Assembly (NCBI GenBank): GCA_051891975.1
Contig: JBJFFT010000047.1
Location: 1-38,899 of the forward strand
DNA: 38,899 nt
DNA from: Candidatus Spyradenecus sp.
Lineage (GTDB): Bacteria; Verrucomicrobiota; Kiritimatiellia; RFP12; DVOR01
Reading direction: 5' to 3'
The notes under the pieces were generated by a model. It made no database searches. It was not told the origin of the DNA and was given only the letters and a program-made list of their open reading frames with translations. Below are positions 19,485 through 28,567 of the stretch, piece after piece (the first letter of the stretch is position 1; the number at the start of each line of letters is the position of its first letter). The position numbers and the translations under genes are program-made.

Positions 19485-20375
19485 TTATTCGGCGAGGATG
19501 GCGGCGACGGTGTCGGCGCAGAGCTTGCAGTCGGCCGGGGCGAGGTTGGTGAGCGGCGGGCGCACGGTGGGCATCTCCAGCCCGTGAATCGCCATCATCG
19601 CCTTGCCGCCAACCACGCCGCCATACTTCACCAGCAGGTCGACAATGCGGCAGACCTTCGCCATCCCGCGGTCGATCGCCGCCTGGTCGGCGCGCTTGTA
19701 GGCCTCCCAGATGCCGTAGTAGAGGGGCGCGGCGTAGTTGTAGGTGGAGCCGATGGCAGACTTGGCGCCGCAGGCGAGCGCGCCGGCGAACCACTCGTCG
19801 ATGCCCCAGGTGATGTCATACTTCCCGCCGCAGGCGCGCTGGCAGCGCTGGAACATATAGAGGTCGGGATAGTTGAACTTGATGCCCGCCAGCTGCGGGA
19901 TGCGCCCGTCGGCCTTGATCAGGAACTGCTCCATATCGAAGGTGACGCCGCTCATGCCCGTGTGATAGTAGTAGAAGGGCAGATCCGGCGCGGCCGAGAG
20001 CACGGCATTCAGATAGTCAATCAGCGCGTCAATCGAGCCGGGCTTGAAGAAGTTCGGCGGCACAATGCTCGTGGCATCCACGCCAATCTCCTGCGCGTAG
20101 GCCGCCAGCGCGCGCGCGTCAGTCACCGAGAGCGCGCCCACGTGCGCGATGAGGAAGAGCTTGCCCTTGGCAGCGTCCACCCACGCCTTCATCACCTGCT
20201 TGCGCTCCTCCACCGAGCAGCAGATCCCTTCGCCCGTCGTCCCGCAAATATACGCGCCTATCACCTTCTGCTTGACCAGCACCTCCACCTGCTTGGGGAT
20301 GAGGTCTAGGTTCACCCGCCCATCGGCGTAGAACGGCGTGTGCGGCGCGGCAATCAAACCTTCCAACTTCTTCAT
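19485..20375 (-). CDS. nanA: N-acetylneuraminate lyase (DHDPS family)
   Basis: GTTGEG, FYYYH, GIKF, IGSTYN; adjacent to the AGE epimerase; AAAGGAG RBS; start ATG 20375. Confidence 0.88.
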   Translation of the reverse strand: MKKLEGLIAAPHTPFYADGRVNLDLIPKQVEVLVKQKVIGAYICGTTGEGICCSVEERKQVMKAWVDAAKGKLFLIAHVGALSVTDARALAAYAQEIGVDATSIVPPNFFKPGSIDALIDYLNAVLSAAPDLPFYYYHTGMSGVTFDMEQFLIKADGRIPQLAGIKFNYPDLYMFQRCQRACGGKYDITWGIDEWFAGALACGAKSAIGSTYNYAAPLYYGIWEAYKRADQAAIDRGMAKVCRIVDLLVKYGGVVGGKAMMAIHGLEMPTVRPPLTNLAPADCKLCADTVAAILAE

Positions 20376-20469
20376 GCTCTGTCTCCTTTTATGACCTGAA
20401 GTCGTGGCTTGTATTATGGACCTTTTCGGCGCAGAGTGCAAGCACGCTCTGCAATCAGCGTGGGCTGAT

Positions 20470-21504
20470 TCAGCAGCCAGGCGTGTCCAACTCAAGCGTG
20501 GCGAGGTAGGCCTTGACCTGCTCGATGGCGGCCTTGGGGTGGGCCTTGAGCTCGCAGCCGGCGGCGCGGAGGTGTCCACCGCCGCCAAAGTGCTCGGCGA
20601 TGGAGGCGGCAGAGTAGCCGGGGGTCTGACCGCGGGTGCGGATGCTCAGGCGGGTGACGCCGGGCTTGTCCTTGGTCTCGTAGAAGAAGAGAGAGATCTT
20701 GGCGGTGGGGATGGAGCGGGGGATGTCGATGGCATCCTCGATTTCGCTCTTGGGCACGCCGGCGCGGCGGAAGTCGCGGGCGGTCAGGCAGATAAGGGCC
20801 ACCTTGCCGCGGAACCAGGTGATCAGCGAATCGTAGGCCTTGCGCTTGAGGAGCATGGCCCCCTCGCTGGAATAGAGGTAGAGCCGGTCGTTGAGGTCCG
20901 AGGAGTCGAGGCCGCAGGCGAGGAGTTCGGCGGCGGCCTTGAGAGTGCTCGGGCTGGTGCAGGAGTAGGCGAAGCGCCCAGTATCGGTGACCAGCGAGAC
21001 CCACAGCGCCTCGGCCGTCTCGCGGTCGAACCGCCACTTGAGGCGCTTGGCAAAGCGGTAGACCAGCTCGCCGGTGCTGCTGGCCGAGGGGACGACCCAG
21101 CGGGCGATGCCGAAGGTGCCGTTGGCCGTGGCGTGATGATCGATATTGAGGATAGGGAGCTTGGCCACCGCGTCGCGCAACGGCCCCTCGGGCAGGCGGT
21201 CCAGGCCGCTGCAGTCGAGCACCAGGGCGCAGTCGTAATCCTTGGCGCGAATGTTGGTGGGGGCCACGCACGCCGGGGCGTAGTCGAGCAAGAACTTGGT
21301 TGGCCCCATCCCGATGGGCGAGAGGGCGACGGTGGGCTCAAAGCCTTGGGCCTTGAGCAGCCGCGCCATCGCCACCGAGGAACCCACCGCGTCCCCATCC
21401 GGGCGCATGTGGGCGGTGACGAGGACCTTCCGGAAGGGCGCGAGCGCGTCGGCCACCTTCCGGATGGAGCCTCGGGTGCGCGGGGCAACGAGCGTGCCGG
21501 CCAT
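20470..21504 (-). CDS. nrnA: DHH/DHHA1 nanoRNase / pAp phosphatase
   Basis: HMRPDGDAVGS, NIDHH, TDTGRF, GGGGHLRAAG. Confidence 0.92.
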   Translation of the reverse strand: MAGTLVAPRTRGSIRKVADALAPFRKVLVTAHMRPDGDAVGSSVAMARLLKAQGFEPTVALSPIGMGPTKFLLDYAPACVAPTNIRAKDYDCALVLDCSGLDRLPEGPLRDAVAKLPILNIDHHATANGTFGIARWVVPSASSTGELVYRFAKRLKWRFDRETAEALWVSLVTDTGRFAYSCTSPSTLKAAAELLACGLDSSDLNDRLYLYSSEGAMLLKRKAYDSLITWFRGKVALICLTARDFRRAGVPKSEIEDAIDIPRSIPTAKISLFFYETKDKPGVTRLSIRTRGQTPGYSAASIAEHFGGGGHLRAAGCELKAHPKAAIEQVKAYLATLELDTPGC

Positions 21505-21507
21505 CGG

Positions 21508-23661
21508 TTAAGCGTTCGCCTCGTAGGCCGTGGGGATCTGGGCGAGCCAGGCACGGACCTGGTCGTCGATCGGCTCGATGGCCTTGAGAGTGGCGGCGGT
21601 GAGGCCGCGCTCGTCGGGCAGCTCCACCGTGGCACCGACGCGCTGGCCGATGAGGGCCATCGCCAGGCGCGAGCGGCAGGAGATGATGTTGAGCGCCTCG
21701 TCGCGGTCCAACTCGCCGAGGATGGTGAAGCTCTGCGTGCCGTGCTTGGTCTCGACGGTGACGCGGGTGCCCATCGCGGCGACCTCGGTGCCCACGCCGG
21801 AGAAGTCGGTGGTCTTGAGGAGCTTGAGGGTGCGGTCCATCTCGTCCTGCTTGGAGAGGAGGACGCGCTGGTGGTCCTTGGCGAACTGATACTCGGCGTT
21901 TTCGCGCAAGTCGCCGTAGCTGCGGGCGGTGGCGATATCGCGGGTGTTGGCGGGGATCTCCACGTTGATGAGGTGGTCGTAGGCCAGCTTGAAGGCGGTG
22001 AGCGAGCGCTCGGAGGTGAGGTGCGGGTGCTCCTCGAGGGCCTTAGTGGCGCGGCGGAGCTTGCCCAGCTCGGGGTCGAAGCGCACCAGGCGGATGAGGA
22101 TGTTACGCTGGGAGGCGGTGTCCCACACCGTCGAAGCCTGAATGCGCTCGAACATCACCTCGCGCTGGAAGGTGTTGAGCTCCTTGCAGACCTCCTCCAG
22201 CCACTTGGCGCTATCGAAGAAGCCCTGCAGCGCGTTACGCATCCGCAGCTCTTCGCCGGTCCAGTGCTGCTCGATGATATGGATCGACTGGGTGACCAGG
22301 TCGTTCATCTTGGGCAGCTGCCAGGCCTCGGCCTCGTTGCGGTTGCGCAAAGCCCAGACCACCACCGTCGGCAACGGCCGCGGCCGCTGGGTGAGCAGGG
22401 CGCGCAGCGCCTCGCCCGTCTCGGCGTCGCCAGCGAGCGTCGAGAGCGTCGCCCCGAGCGCCACGCTGCCGAAGAGCTCGAGGTGCGCCAGGATAATCTC
22501 CTTCGCCTCGGGCTTGGCCGCCAGGATGAAGGAGACCATCGCCGAGACATCGCGCGCGGCCAGCCCCTTGACGGCCAGCAGCAGATTGTCCTCCTCGTCC
22601 TTCTCCAGGAGCGTCTCGGCCTGCTTAAGCTGATCGGCCTGCGAGGAGAGCTGCAGCTTCTGCGCCAGGCAGACCAACTGCGCGTAGCGCGGGAAGTCAG
22701 CCTTCTCCGAGCCCTTGATTGCAAAGTCCAGGCGGTTCTTCACCACCGCGATGTAGCCATCGGGAATCGCGTCCTTCTTCGCGGCCAGGAGCCCGAGGAT
22801 GCCCTCGTAGACGGCCTTCAGGTCGCGCTCCTTGGCAAAGCGCTTGAGCCACTTGTCGCCGAAGTCCTCGTCGGCCTCCAACAGGCGGATGGGCTCGGTG
22901 CGCTTGGTGGGGATCTCCACCGGGTGCTCCTTGTCGGCCTTGAGCCCACGGCGCGCGGCCTCCCAGAAGCCCTTCCACGCCTTCTCGCTCACCAGCCCGC
23001 ACGCCGCCAGGCGCTCGGCCAGGCGCTGAATGGTCAGCGGACCGTAGCTCTCCAGCGTCAGGCGCACCAACGCGGCCGGGTGCTTCTTGCACAAATCCTC
23101 AATCTCCGCGCGGTTCTCGGCCAGGCGCGTCATCAGGTGCCCTTCGCAAGCCACCTCCAGGTTCTGCCCGGCCACTGCCAGGCTCATCGCGTGCCCCTTC
23201 TTCCCCTCAAAGTCGATAATCACCTTGCCGTAGAAGGTGTCAATCGCCTGCACCTGACCAAAGCCCCACGACTGGCTCGTCACGTACACCCCCGGCTTCA
23301 GCGCCAAGAGCACCCCCAGGCGCTTGGCAATGGCCGTGGCAATCGCCGTATTCAGGCCAATCGAGTCAATCAGCAGCTTCTCATCGGCATTCGCCGGGGC
23401 ACGGCTGACCACTTCGCGCAACTGCGCCAGGGTCACCTCGGGCATCTGCGCGCCGTGAGCGGCATAGAAGGCCACGCACGCCACCGCGCCACGCAGGTCC
23501 TTGCCCTTCACCACCGCCTCGGTCAACATCGCGAACCCCTTCGTCGCGCCCTTCGCGTCCACCGGCAGGAACTCGCCCACCAACGCCAAGCCGCGCGCCA
23601 TATCAACCGGCGTGCTTTCCATCAGGTCCTGCATCTGCATTCCGAAAGAGACTTTGTCCAT
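21508..23661 (-). CDS. greA: Large transcription elongation factor with C-terminal GreA domain
   Basis: ARSYGDLRENAEY and IISCRSRLAMALIG in the last ~165 aa; ~550-aa helical N-terminal region. Confidence 0.85.
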   Translation of the reverse strand: MDKVSFGMQMQDLMESTPVDMARGLALVGEFLPVDAKGATKGFAMLTEAVVKGKDLRGAVACVAFYAAHGAQMPEVTLAQLREVVSRAPANADEKLLIDSIGLNTAIATAIAKRLGVLLALKPGVYVTSQSWGFGQVQAIDTFYGKVIIDFEGKKGHAMSLAVAGQNLEVACEGHLMTRLAENRAEIEDLCKKHPAALVRLTLESYGPLTIQRLAERLAACGLVSEKAWKGFWEAARRGLKADKEHPVEIPTKRTEPIRLLEADEDFGDKWLKRFAKERDLKAVYEGILGLLAAKKDAIPDGYIAVVKNRLDFAIKGSEKADFPRYAQLVCLAQKLQLSSQADQLKQAETLLEKDEEDNLLLAVKGLAARDVSAMVSFILAAKPEAKEIILAHLELFGSVALGATLSTLAGDAETGEALRALLTQRPRPLPTVVVWALRNRNEAEAWQLPKMNDLVTQSIHIIEQHWTGEELRMRNALQGFFDSAKWLEEVCKELNTFQREVMFERIQASTVWDTASQRNILIRLVRFDPELGKLRRATKALEEHPHLTSERSLTAFKLAYDHLINVEIPANTRDIATARSYGDLRENAEYQFAKDHQRVLLSKQDEMDRTLKLLKTTDFSGVGTEVAAMGTRVTVETKHGTQSFTILGELDRDEALNIISCRSRLAMALIGQRVGATVELPDERGLTAATLKAIEPIDDQVRAWLAQIPTAYEANA

Positions 23662-23831
23662 AGCCTATCCTTACTGTTCTAAAACCGCTTCAGGCCTTGC
23701 CCCCAACGCCCCAAAACCAAAATTGTCAAGAGACCTCGGGTGGCAATTCCGTGGTAAGATACCAAAGCCCTTTCCAAACTGCAAGCCGGCCACGCGTGCG
23801 GTTCGCTTCGCTCGCGTGAGAAGGTTTGCAA

Positions 23832-23906
23832 GGCCTGCTCCGCAGGCCAGCCACCTTCGGCGTATTGCGAGGGTAAGCGTGATGCACTGGCCTGCTCCGT
23901 CAGGCC
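23832..23906 (+). repeat. Two copies of the GGCCTGCTCCG(T)CAGGCC hairpin motif
   Basis: 23832-23848 and 23889-23906; reverse copies at 14093-14109 and 36154-36171. Confidence 0.75.
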
Positions 23907-23948
23907 GGCGATGCTCCCGCCATAATAATCCGCGTGCGCACGATATGA

Positions 23949-24077
23949 GCGCACGCGCACGCGCCTACGCGCGCGATAGGCCCTAGGTCACCTCGAGGTA
24001 GGCCCTAGCTCACCTCGACCTAGGCCCTAGGTCGACCCGAGGTAGGCCCTAGGTCGACCCGAGGTAGGGCCTACCTC
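23949..24077 (+). repeat. Composite element copy B
   Basis: CACGCGCACGCGCCTACGCGCGCGATAGG + ~4.5 copies of CCCTAGGTCGACCCGAGGTAGG-like 22-mers. Confidence 0.92.
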
Positions 24078-24099
24078 AAATGGGGGTATCGGCGAGGGC

Positions 24100-24128
24100 A
24101 AAAAGAGGGCCCCCGGGGTTCGGGGGCC
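24100..24128 (-). terminator. Terminator of the secA-VWA-M20-rlmD operon
   Basis: GGCCCCCG/CGGGGGCC stem then CTCTTTTT on the minus strand. Confidence 0.7.
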
Positions 24129-24157
24129 AAAAGGGAGCAATCGCTATCCGCCAGCTG

Positions 24158-25306
24158 CTAGATGCGCGCGAGGAGGGTGAGGGTCTCGAAGTGGGCCGTG
24201 CGGGGGAAGAAGTCGAAGAGGCGGATGGAGGTGGGGCGGTAGGCGGGGGCGAGGGCGCGCAGGTCGCGGGCGAGGGTGTCCGGGCCGCAGGAGATGTAGG
24301 CGAGATGGGGCGGCTTGTCGCGCAGGAGGCGGTCGCGGAAGGCGGGGGAGAGGCCGTCGCGGGGCGGATCGACGATCCAGAGTTCGGCGGGGGGAAGGCC
24401 TTCGGGGAGGCTTTCGGCGGGGGCGCAACGGTAGTCGGCCTCGACCCCGAGGTGCGCGGCATTGCGTTGGGCCGAGCGGATGGCCGAGGGGGTGGTCTCC
24501 AGGCCGAAGAGGCTACGCACGCCGGCTTGGGCGGCCACGAGGCCGAAGAGGCCGCAGCCACAGTAGAGGTCGAGGGCGCGGCGAGGGGCCAGGGCGGCGA
24601 CGGCGGCGCGGAAGTCGGCGAGGAGAAGCTCGGCGGCGGCGGGGTTGACCTGGAAGAAGGCGTCGGCCGCCACGGAGAGGGTGAGGCCGGCGAGGGACTC
24701 GGTGAGTTCGCCGGCGGGGGGCTTGCCCAGGCCGAGGCGGACGCCATCGTGCGCGGTGTAGCGGAAGGTGACGCGGCTACCGGGGCGCAGACTGCGTAGG
24801 CGTTTGGGGTCGGCACGCAACTGGGCAAGCGCGGCGTTGATGGCGGGGTGGGAGAGGGGGCAGGCGGGGGTTTCGAGGACCGTGCGGTTGTCGTCGCCAA
24901 TGTAGCCGAGGGCGCGGCCGTCCCAGTGGAGGGTGAGCTTGTTGCGGTAGTGCGCGGCGAGGGGCGAGGGGACCGGAGGGCGCAGGCAGGAGAGGTCTTC
25001 CAGGCGGCCAATGCGCGTGAGGAGGGTCTGGAGCTGGTGGTGTTTGAGCGCGACTTCGGCTGGGTAGGCGAGTGCGGCGTAGACCATCCCCGGGACGACG
25101 GAGCCCTCGGGGGCAATGCGCTCGGGCGAGGGCTCGAGGACGCGCAGGAGCCGGGCGCGGGCGAAGTTGGGCTTACGCTGCACGAGCTCCGCCTCAACCG
25201 TCTCGCCCGTGAAGGCGCCGGGGACGAAGGTGACGGGGCTGGCGGCGCGGGCGACGCCGTCGCCGCCGTAGCCCACGTCGTCGATATGCAGCGTGAGGTG
25301 GCTCAT
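24158..25306 (-). CDS. rlmD: TRAM-domain RNA m5U methyltransferase (RlmD/TrmA family)
   Basis: TRAM N-terminus, YRNK, FFQVN, DLYCGCG, VDPPRDG, YISC, DFFPRTAHFE; TAATG coupling. Confidence 0.88.
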   Translation of the reverse strand: MSHLTLHIDDVGYGGDGVARAASPVTFVPGAFTGETVEAELVQRKPNFARARLLRVLEPSPERIAPEGSVVPGMVYAALAYPAEVALKHHQLQTLLTRIGRLEDLSCLRPPVPSPLAAHYRNKLTLHWDGRALGYIGDDNRTVLETPACPLSHPAINAALAQLRADPKRLRSLRPGSRVTFRYTAHDGVRLGLGKPPAGELTESLAGLTLSVAADAFFQVNPAAAELLLADFRAAVAALAPRRALDLYCGCGLFGLVAAQAGVRSLFGLETTPSAIRSAQRNAAHLGVEADYRCAPAESLPEGLPPAELWIVDPPRDGLSPAFRDRLLRDKPPHLAYISCGPDTLARDLRALAPAYRPTSIRLFDFFPRTAHFETLTLLARI

Positions 25307-26679
25307 TAGGCCCCGAAGGCGGGGAAGATCTGCGCGCCCCAACGCATCCCGTCGCGGAACTGCTCCAGGGAGAAGGATTCGTTGGGGCAGTGGATGCGGT
25401 CTTCCTGAGTGCCGAAGCCGACGAGGAGGGGCGCGGCGCCGGTGAGGTCGCGCAGCTTGGCCACGATGGGGATGGAGGCGCCCTCCCAGGTGAAGACCGC
25501 GCCGCGGGGGTCGAAGGTGTTGAGCAAATCGTGGGCGATGCGGGTGACGGGGCTATCGATGGGGAGGCGGAAGCCGGGCTCGCAGCCGGTGAGCTCGGTG
25601 AGCTCGAGGGTGAGGCCGCGCGGGCAGTGGCGCTCGAAGTGCGCTTTCAGGCACTCCCAGACGTGGGCGGGGTTCTGGCCGGGGACGAGGCGGCAGGAGA
25701 GCTTGGCGAAGGCGTGGGTGGGGATGACGGTCTTGGAGCCGGGGCCGCCGTAGCCGCCGTGAATGCCGTTGACCTCGACGGTGGGGCGGAAGGCGTTGCG
25801 GACGATGGCCGGCACCCCGCGCTCGCCGCCCACGGGGAGGACACCGACCTCGGCGCGGTAGGCGTTCTCGTCGAAGCCCGGCTCGGTGGCCAGGGCGAAC
25901 TCGGCCTCGGTGGGCTCGATGATGCCGTCGCAGAAGCCCTCAACGGCGATGGCGCCGTCGGGGGTGTGGAGGGAGGCGACGAGCTCGGCGATGCCTTGGG
26001 CGGGGTTGGGGGCGATGCCGCCGTGCTGGCCGGAATGGAGGTCGTACTTCGGCCCGTGGAGGGTGACGGTGAAGTGGAGCACGCCACGCAAGCCGGCGAC
26101 GATGGCCGGGCGGCCGGAGGGATCCTTGCCGGTATCGGCCACGAGCAGGACATCGGCGGCCAGGCGCTTGCGCAGGTCATAGGCCAGGTCGGCCAAAGCG
26201 CCGCTGCCGCTCTCCTCTTGGCCTTCGAGGACGATGCGGATGGCGGGGAGGCTCTCGCCGGCGGCGATGGCCGCGCGCAGGCCTTGGAGGAGGGCGAACC
26301 ACTGGCCCTTGTCATCCTGCGCGCCACGGGCGTAGAGGCGGCCATTGCGCAGGGTCGGCTCGAAGGGCGGGGTCTCCCAGAGCTCGATGGGGTCGACGGG
26401 CTGGACATCGTAGTGGCCGTAAAGGAGGACGGTGTGGGGGGCGTCGGGGACGGGGCGCTCGGCGATGAGGACCGGGGGGAGGTCGGCCGAGGCGCTGACG
26501 AGCTCGGTGGTGAAGCCGAGCGAGCCGAGGAAGCGGGCGATCCACTCGGCGCAGGCGGTGCAGTCGGGCAAGTGCTCGCGCTCGGCACCGATGGTGGGGA
26601 AGCGGAGGAGTTCGCAGTAGTCGGCGAGGATGGCCTCGCGGTTCTGCTCAAACCAGGAGTCGAGGGCGGCTTTGTTCAT
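25306..26679 (-). CDS. M20/M25/M40 family dipeptidase
   Basis: YGHYDVQP, RGAQDDKGQ, EGQEESGS, DLHSG, IHCPNE. Confidence 0.93.
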   Translation of the reverse strand: MNKAALDSWFEQNREAILADYCELLRFPTIGAEREHLPDCTACAEWIARFLGSLGFTTELVSASADLPPVLIAERPVPDAPHTVLLYGHYDVQPVDPIELWETPPFEPTLRNGRLYARGAQDDKGQWFALLQGLRAAIAAGESLPAIRIVLEGQEESGSGALADLAYDLRKRLAADVLLVADTGKDPSGRPAIVAGLRGVLHFTVTLHGPKYDLHSGQHGGIAPNPAQGIAELVASLHTPDGAIAVEGFCDGIIEPTEAEFALATEPGFDENAYRAEVGVLPVGGERGVPAIVRNAFRPTVEVNGIHGGYGGPGSKTVIPTHAFAKLSCRLVPGQNPAHVWECLKAHFERHCPRGLTLELTELTGCEPGFRLPIDSPVTRIAHDLLNTFDPRGAVFTWEGASIPIVAKLRDLTGAAPLLVGFGTQEDRIHCPNESFSLEQFRDGMRWGAQIFPAFGA

Positions 26680-26701
26680 TGGGGGGCCTTTCGTTGCGCG
26701 G

Positions 26702-28564
26702 TCAGGGCTCGCGCTTGTAGGGGTTGGGCACGCCGTAGGTTTTGGAGAAGGCGGCGATGCGCTCGAGGAGCGCCTGAGAGGGGTTTTCGGCGTAGTCGGC
26801 CAGCAGGTCGAACATCGCGCGTTCGGCCCAGGCGCGGCGGAGGTCGAGGGTGGCGCGCTTGGCCTTGCTGAAGGAGAAGGTGAAGAGGGCGTCGTAGGGG
26901 GCGTTGGCCGAGCCGCCGCGCAGCTGGCAGGTGAGGGACTCGGTGGCGCGCGGGACGCGGCCGTAGAGGGTCAAGGTGCGGTCGGCATAGAGGTTGGTGA
27001 GCATCCGCGGGTGGAGCTCGCCGCCGCCGGCCGCGGGGAAGGTGATGGAAAGGTTCTGCATCACCGGGTTGCGGATGGACTCGAAGACCGGGGTGAGCTC
27101 GCGCGCCAGGGTGTCGGGGTTGCCGGAAGAGGCGGTGTTCTCGCCGCGGTTGACGTAGCAGAGCATGTCCAAGAAGTAAGGGTCGCGCTTCTTTGCGCCG
27201 AAGGCGTAGACGGAGATGTCGCCCTTGTTCAGGCGGGTGAACTCGCCGATGATGCGGGTCGTCTCGGTGAGGCCGGTGGTCGGCTCGCCATCGGTGATGA
27301 CGATGGCAATGAGCGGGCGCTTGGGGTCGCGCGGCAGCGAGCGGAGGTCTTGCAGGAGGAGGAAGAGGTCGGTGTTGCCGCGGTTGCGCAAGGAGTCGAT
27401 GAAGGTTTCGGCCCGGACGCGCGTCTCGGGATTGAAGTCCATCCATGAGCCCGAGGGGGTGAGGGTGACGTCGCGGAAAGCGAAGATGTTGAAGCGGTCC
27501 CCGGCGCGCAGCGTGTTGAAGAGGGCGCTCTTCATAGCGGCCTTCGCGGCGGCCAGGCGGGCGCGGGTAATCGAGCCGGAGATGTCTTGGACGAAGACGA
27601 CATCCTTGCCCATCACGGAAAGGGGGCTATCGGGCTTGCGGAGGATCTCCAGGCGGAAGTAGCGGTTGCCCGGGTCGGCCGGCGGGTCGTAGTAGGTCAG
27701 GGCCAGGCTCAGGCGATCGTCAATCGATTGGTAGATCTGGTCGCCCGCCGTGACGGTGGGGGCCGTGGCGCGGCGGATCGCCTCCTCGGCCAACTTGCCG
27801 GCCTCCTCGGTCGGCGCGGGGGCGGTAGCGACCTCGGTTAAATCGACCGGCAGGGGCGTGGCGGTGGCGGCCTCGGCCAGGCGCCGCTCGGCCTCGCGGG
27901 CCAGCGCCTCAACGCCCCCCTCTCCGCCCACTGGCGGCAGGAGCGAGCCCGGTTGCGCACCGGGCGCAGCGGGGAGAAACTCCACCGAAGCGGCCAAGTC
28001 CGGCGCGTCAACCACGCGCGGCAGCTCGGCGTCGAGGGTCCAGCGCGGCTCGGGATTGACGGTGGAAGTAAAGTCGGTTTCGGGGATGGCTGCGACCTCC
28101 TGGCGGGCCCAGACCTCTGGCAGCGTGGCCAGGGCCGGGGCCGGCGGGGTCATATCCAGCCCCGGGTTGGGGCTGGGCGGGAGCGGCGAAGGCGGCAGCG
28201 TGGGGGCGGCCAGGCGCGCGGTTTCGGCGGCCTCGGGGAGCTTCGCCTCGGCGGCGGCCACGTCTCCGGTGATGTCCGGGGCCTCCTCGGCGGCGGCACG
28301 CTCGAGCTTCGCCTCGCGGACGAAGGTGTCGATGCGCATTGGCGGGAGGTTCTCGGGGGTGATGTGGGCCTTCTCACGCGCCGGGGTCAGCGCCACTGGC
28401 CGCTCGCCAAACCAGAAGACGAGCCCAAAGTGGATGACCACCGAGAGGACCACCGAGAGGAAGAGGACGAAAGTGTGCTGCGCGAGCCCCAGGCCATTAT
28501 CGGCCGGCACTTCGGCAAAGCGCACCTCCGGGGCCTTTTCGGCGGGTTTGGGTTCCTCGGCCAT
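26702..28564 (-). CDS. Membrane-anchored VWA-domain protein with Pro/Ala-rich linker
   Basis: N-terminal TM (SVVIHFG), Pro-rich stalk, MIDAS DISGS, GNT, ITDGEPT. Confidence 0.85.
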   Translation of the reverse strand: MAEEPKPAEKAPEVRFAEVPADNGLGLAQHTFVLFLSVVLSVVIHFGLVFWFGERPVALTPAREKAHITPENLPPMRIDTFVREAKLERAAAEEAPDITGDVAAAEAKLPEAAETARLAAPTLPPSPLPPSPNPGLDMTPPAPALATLPEVWARQEVAAIPETDFTSTVNPEPRWTLDAELPRVVDAPDLAASVEFLPAAPGAQPGSLLPPVGGEGGVEALAREAERRLAEAATATPLPVDLTEVATAPAPTEEAGKLAEEAIRRATAPTVTAGDQIYQSIDDRLSLALTYYDPPADPGNRYFRLEILRKPDSPLSVMGKDVVFVQDISGSITRARLAAAKAAMKSALFNTLRAGDRFNIFAFRDVTLTPSGSWMDFNPETRVRAETFIDSLRNRGNTDLFLLLQDLRSLPRDPKRPLIAIVITDGEPTTGLTETTRIIGEFTRLNKGDISVYAFGAKKRDPYFLDMLCYVNRGENTASSGNPDTLARELTPVFESIRNPVMQNLSITFPAAGGGELHPRMLTNLYADRTLTLYGRVPRATESLTCQLRGGSANAPYDALFTFSFSKAKRATLDLRRAWAERAMFDLLADYAENPSQALLERIAAFSKTYGVPNPYKREP

Positions 28565-28567
28565 CGT

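Noticed and set aside
20404-23682. 1092-aa + strand ORF; likewise 27953..30646 (+) and 32335..35193 (-)
   Set aside because: Antisense to genes with clear motifs; no motifs of their own
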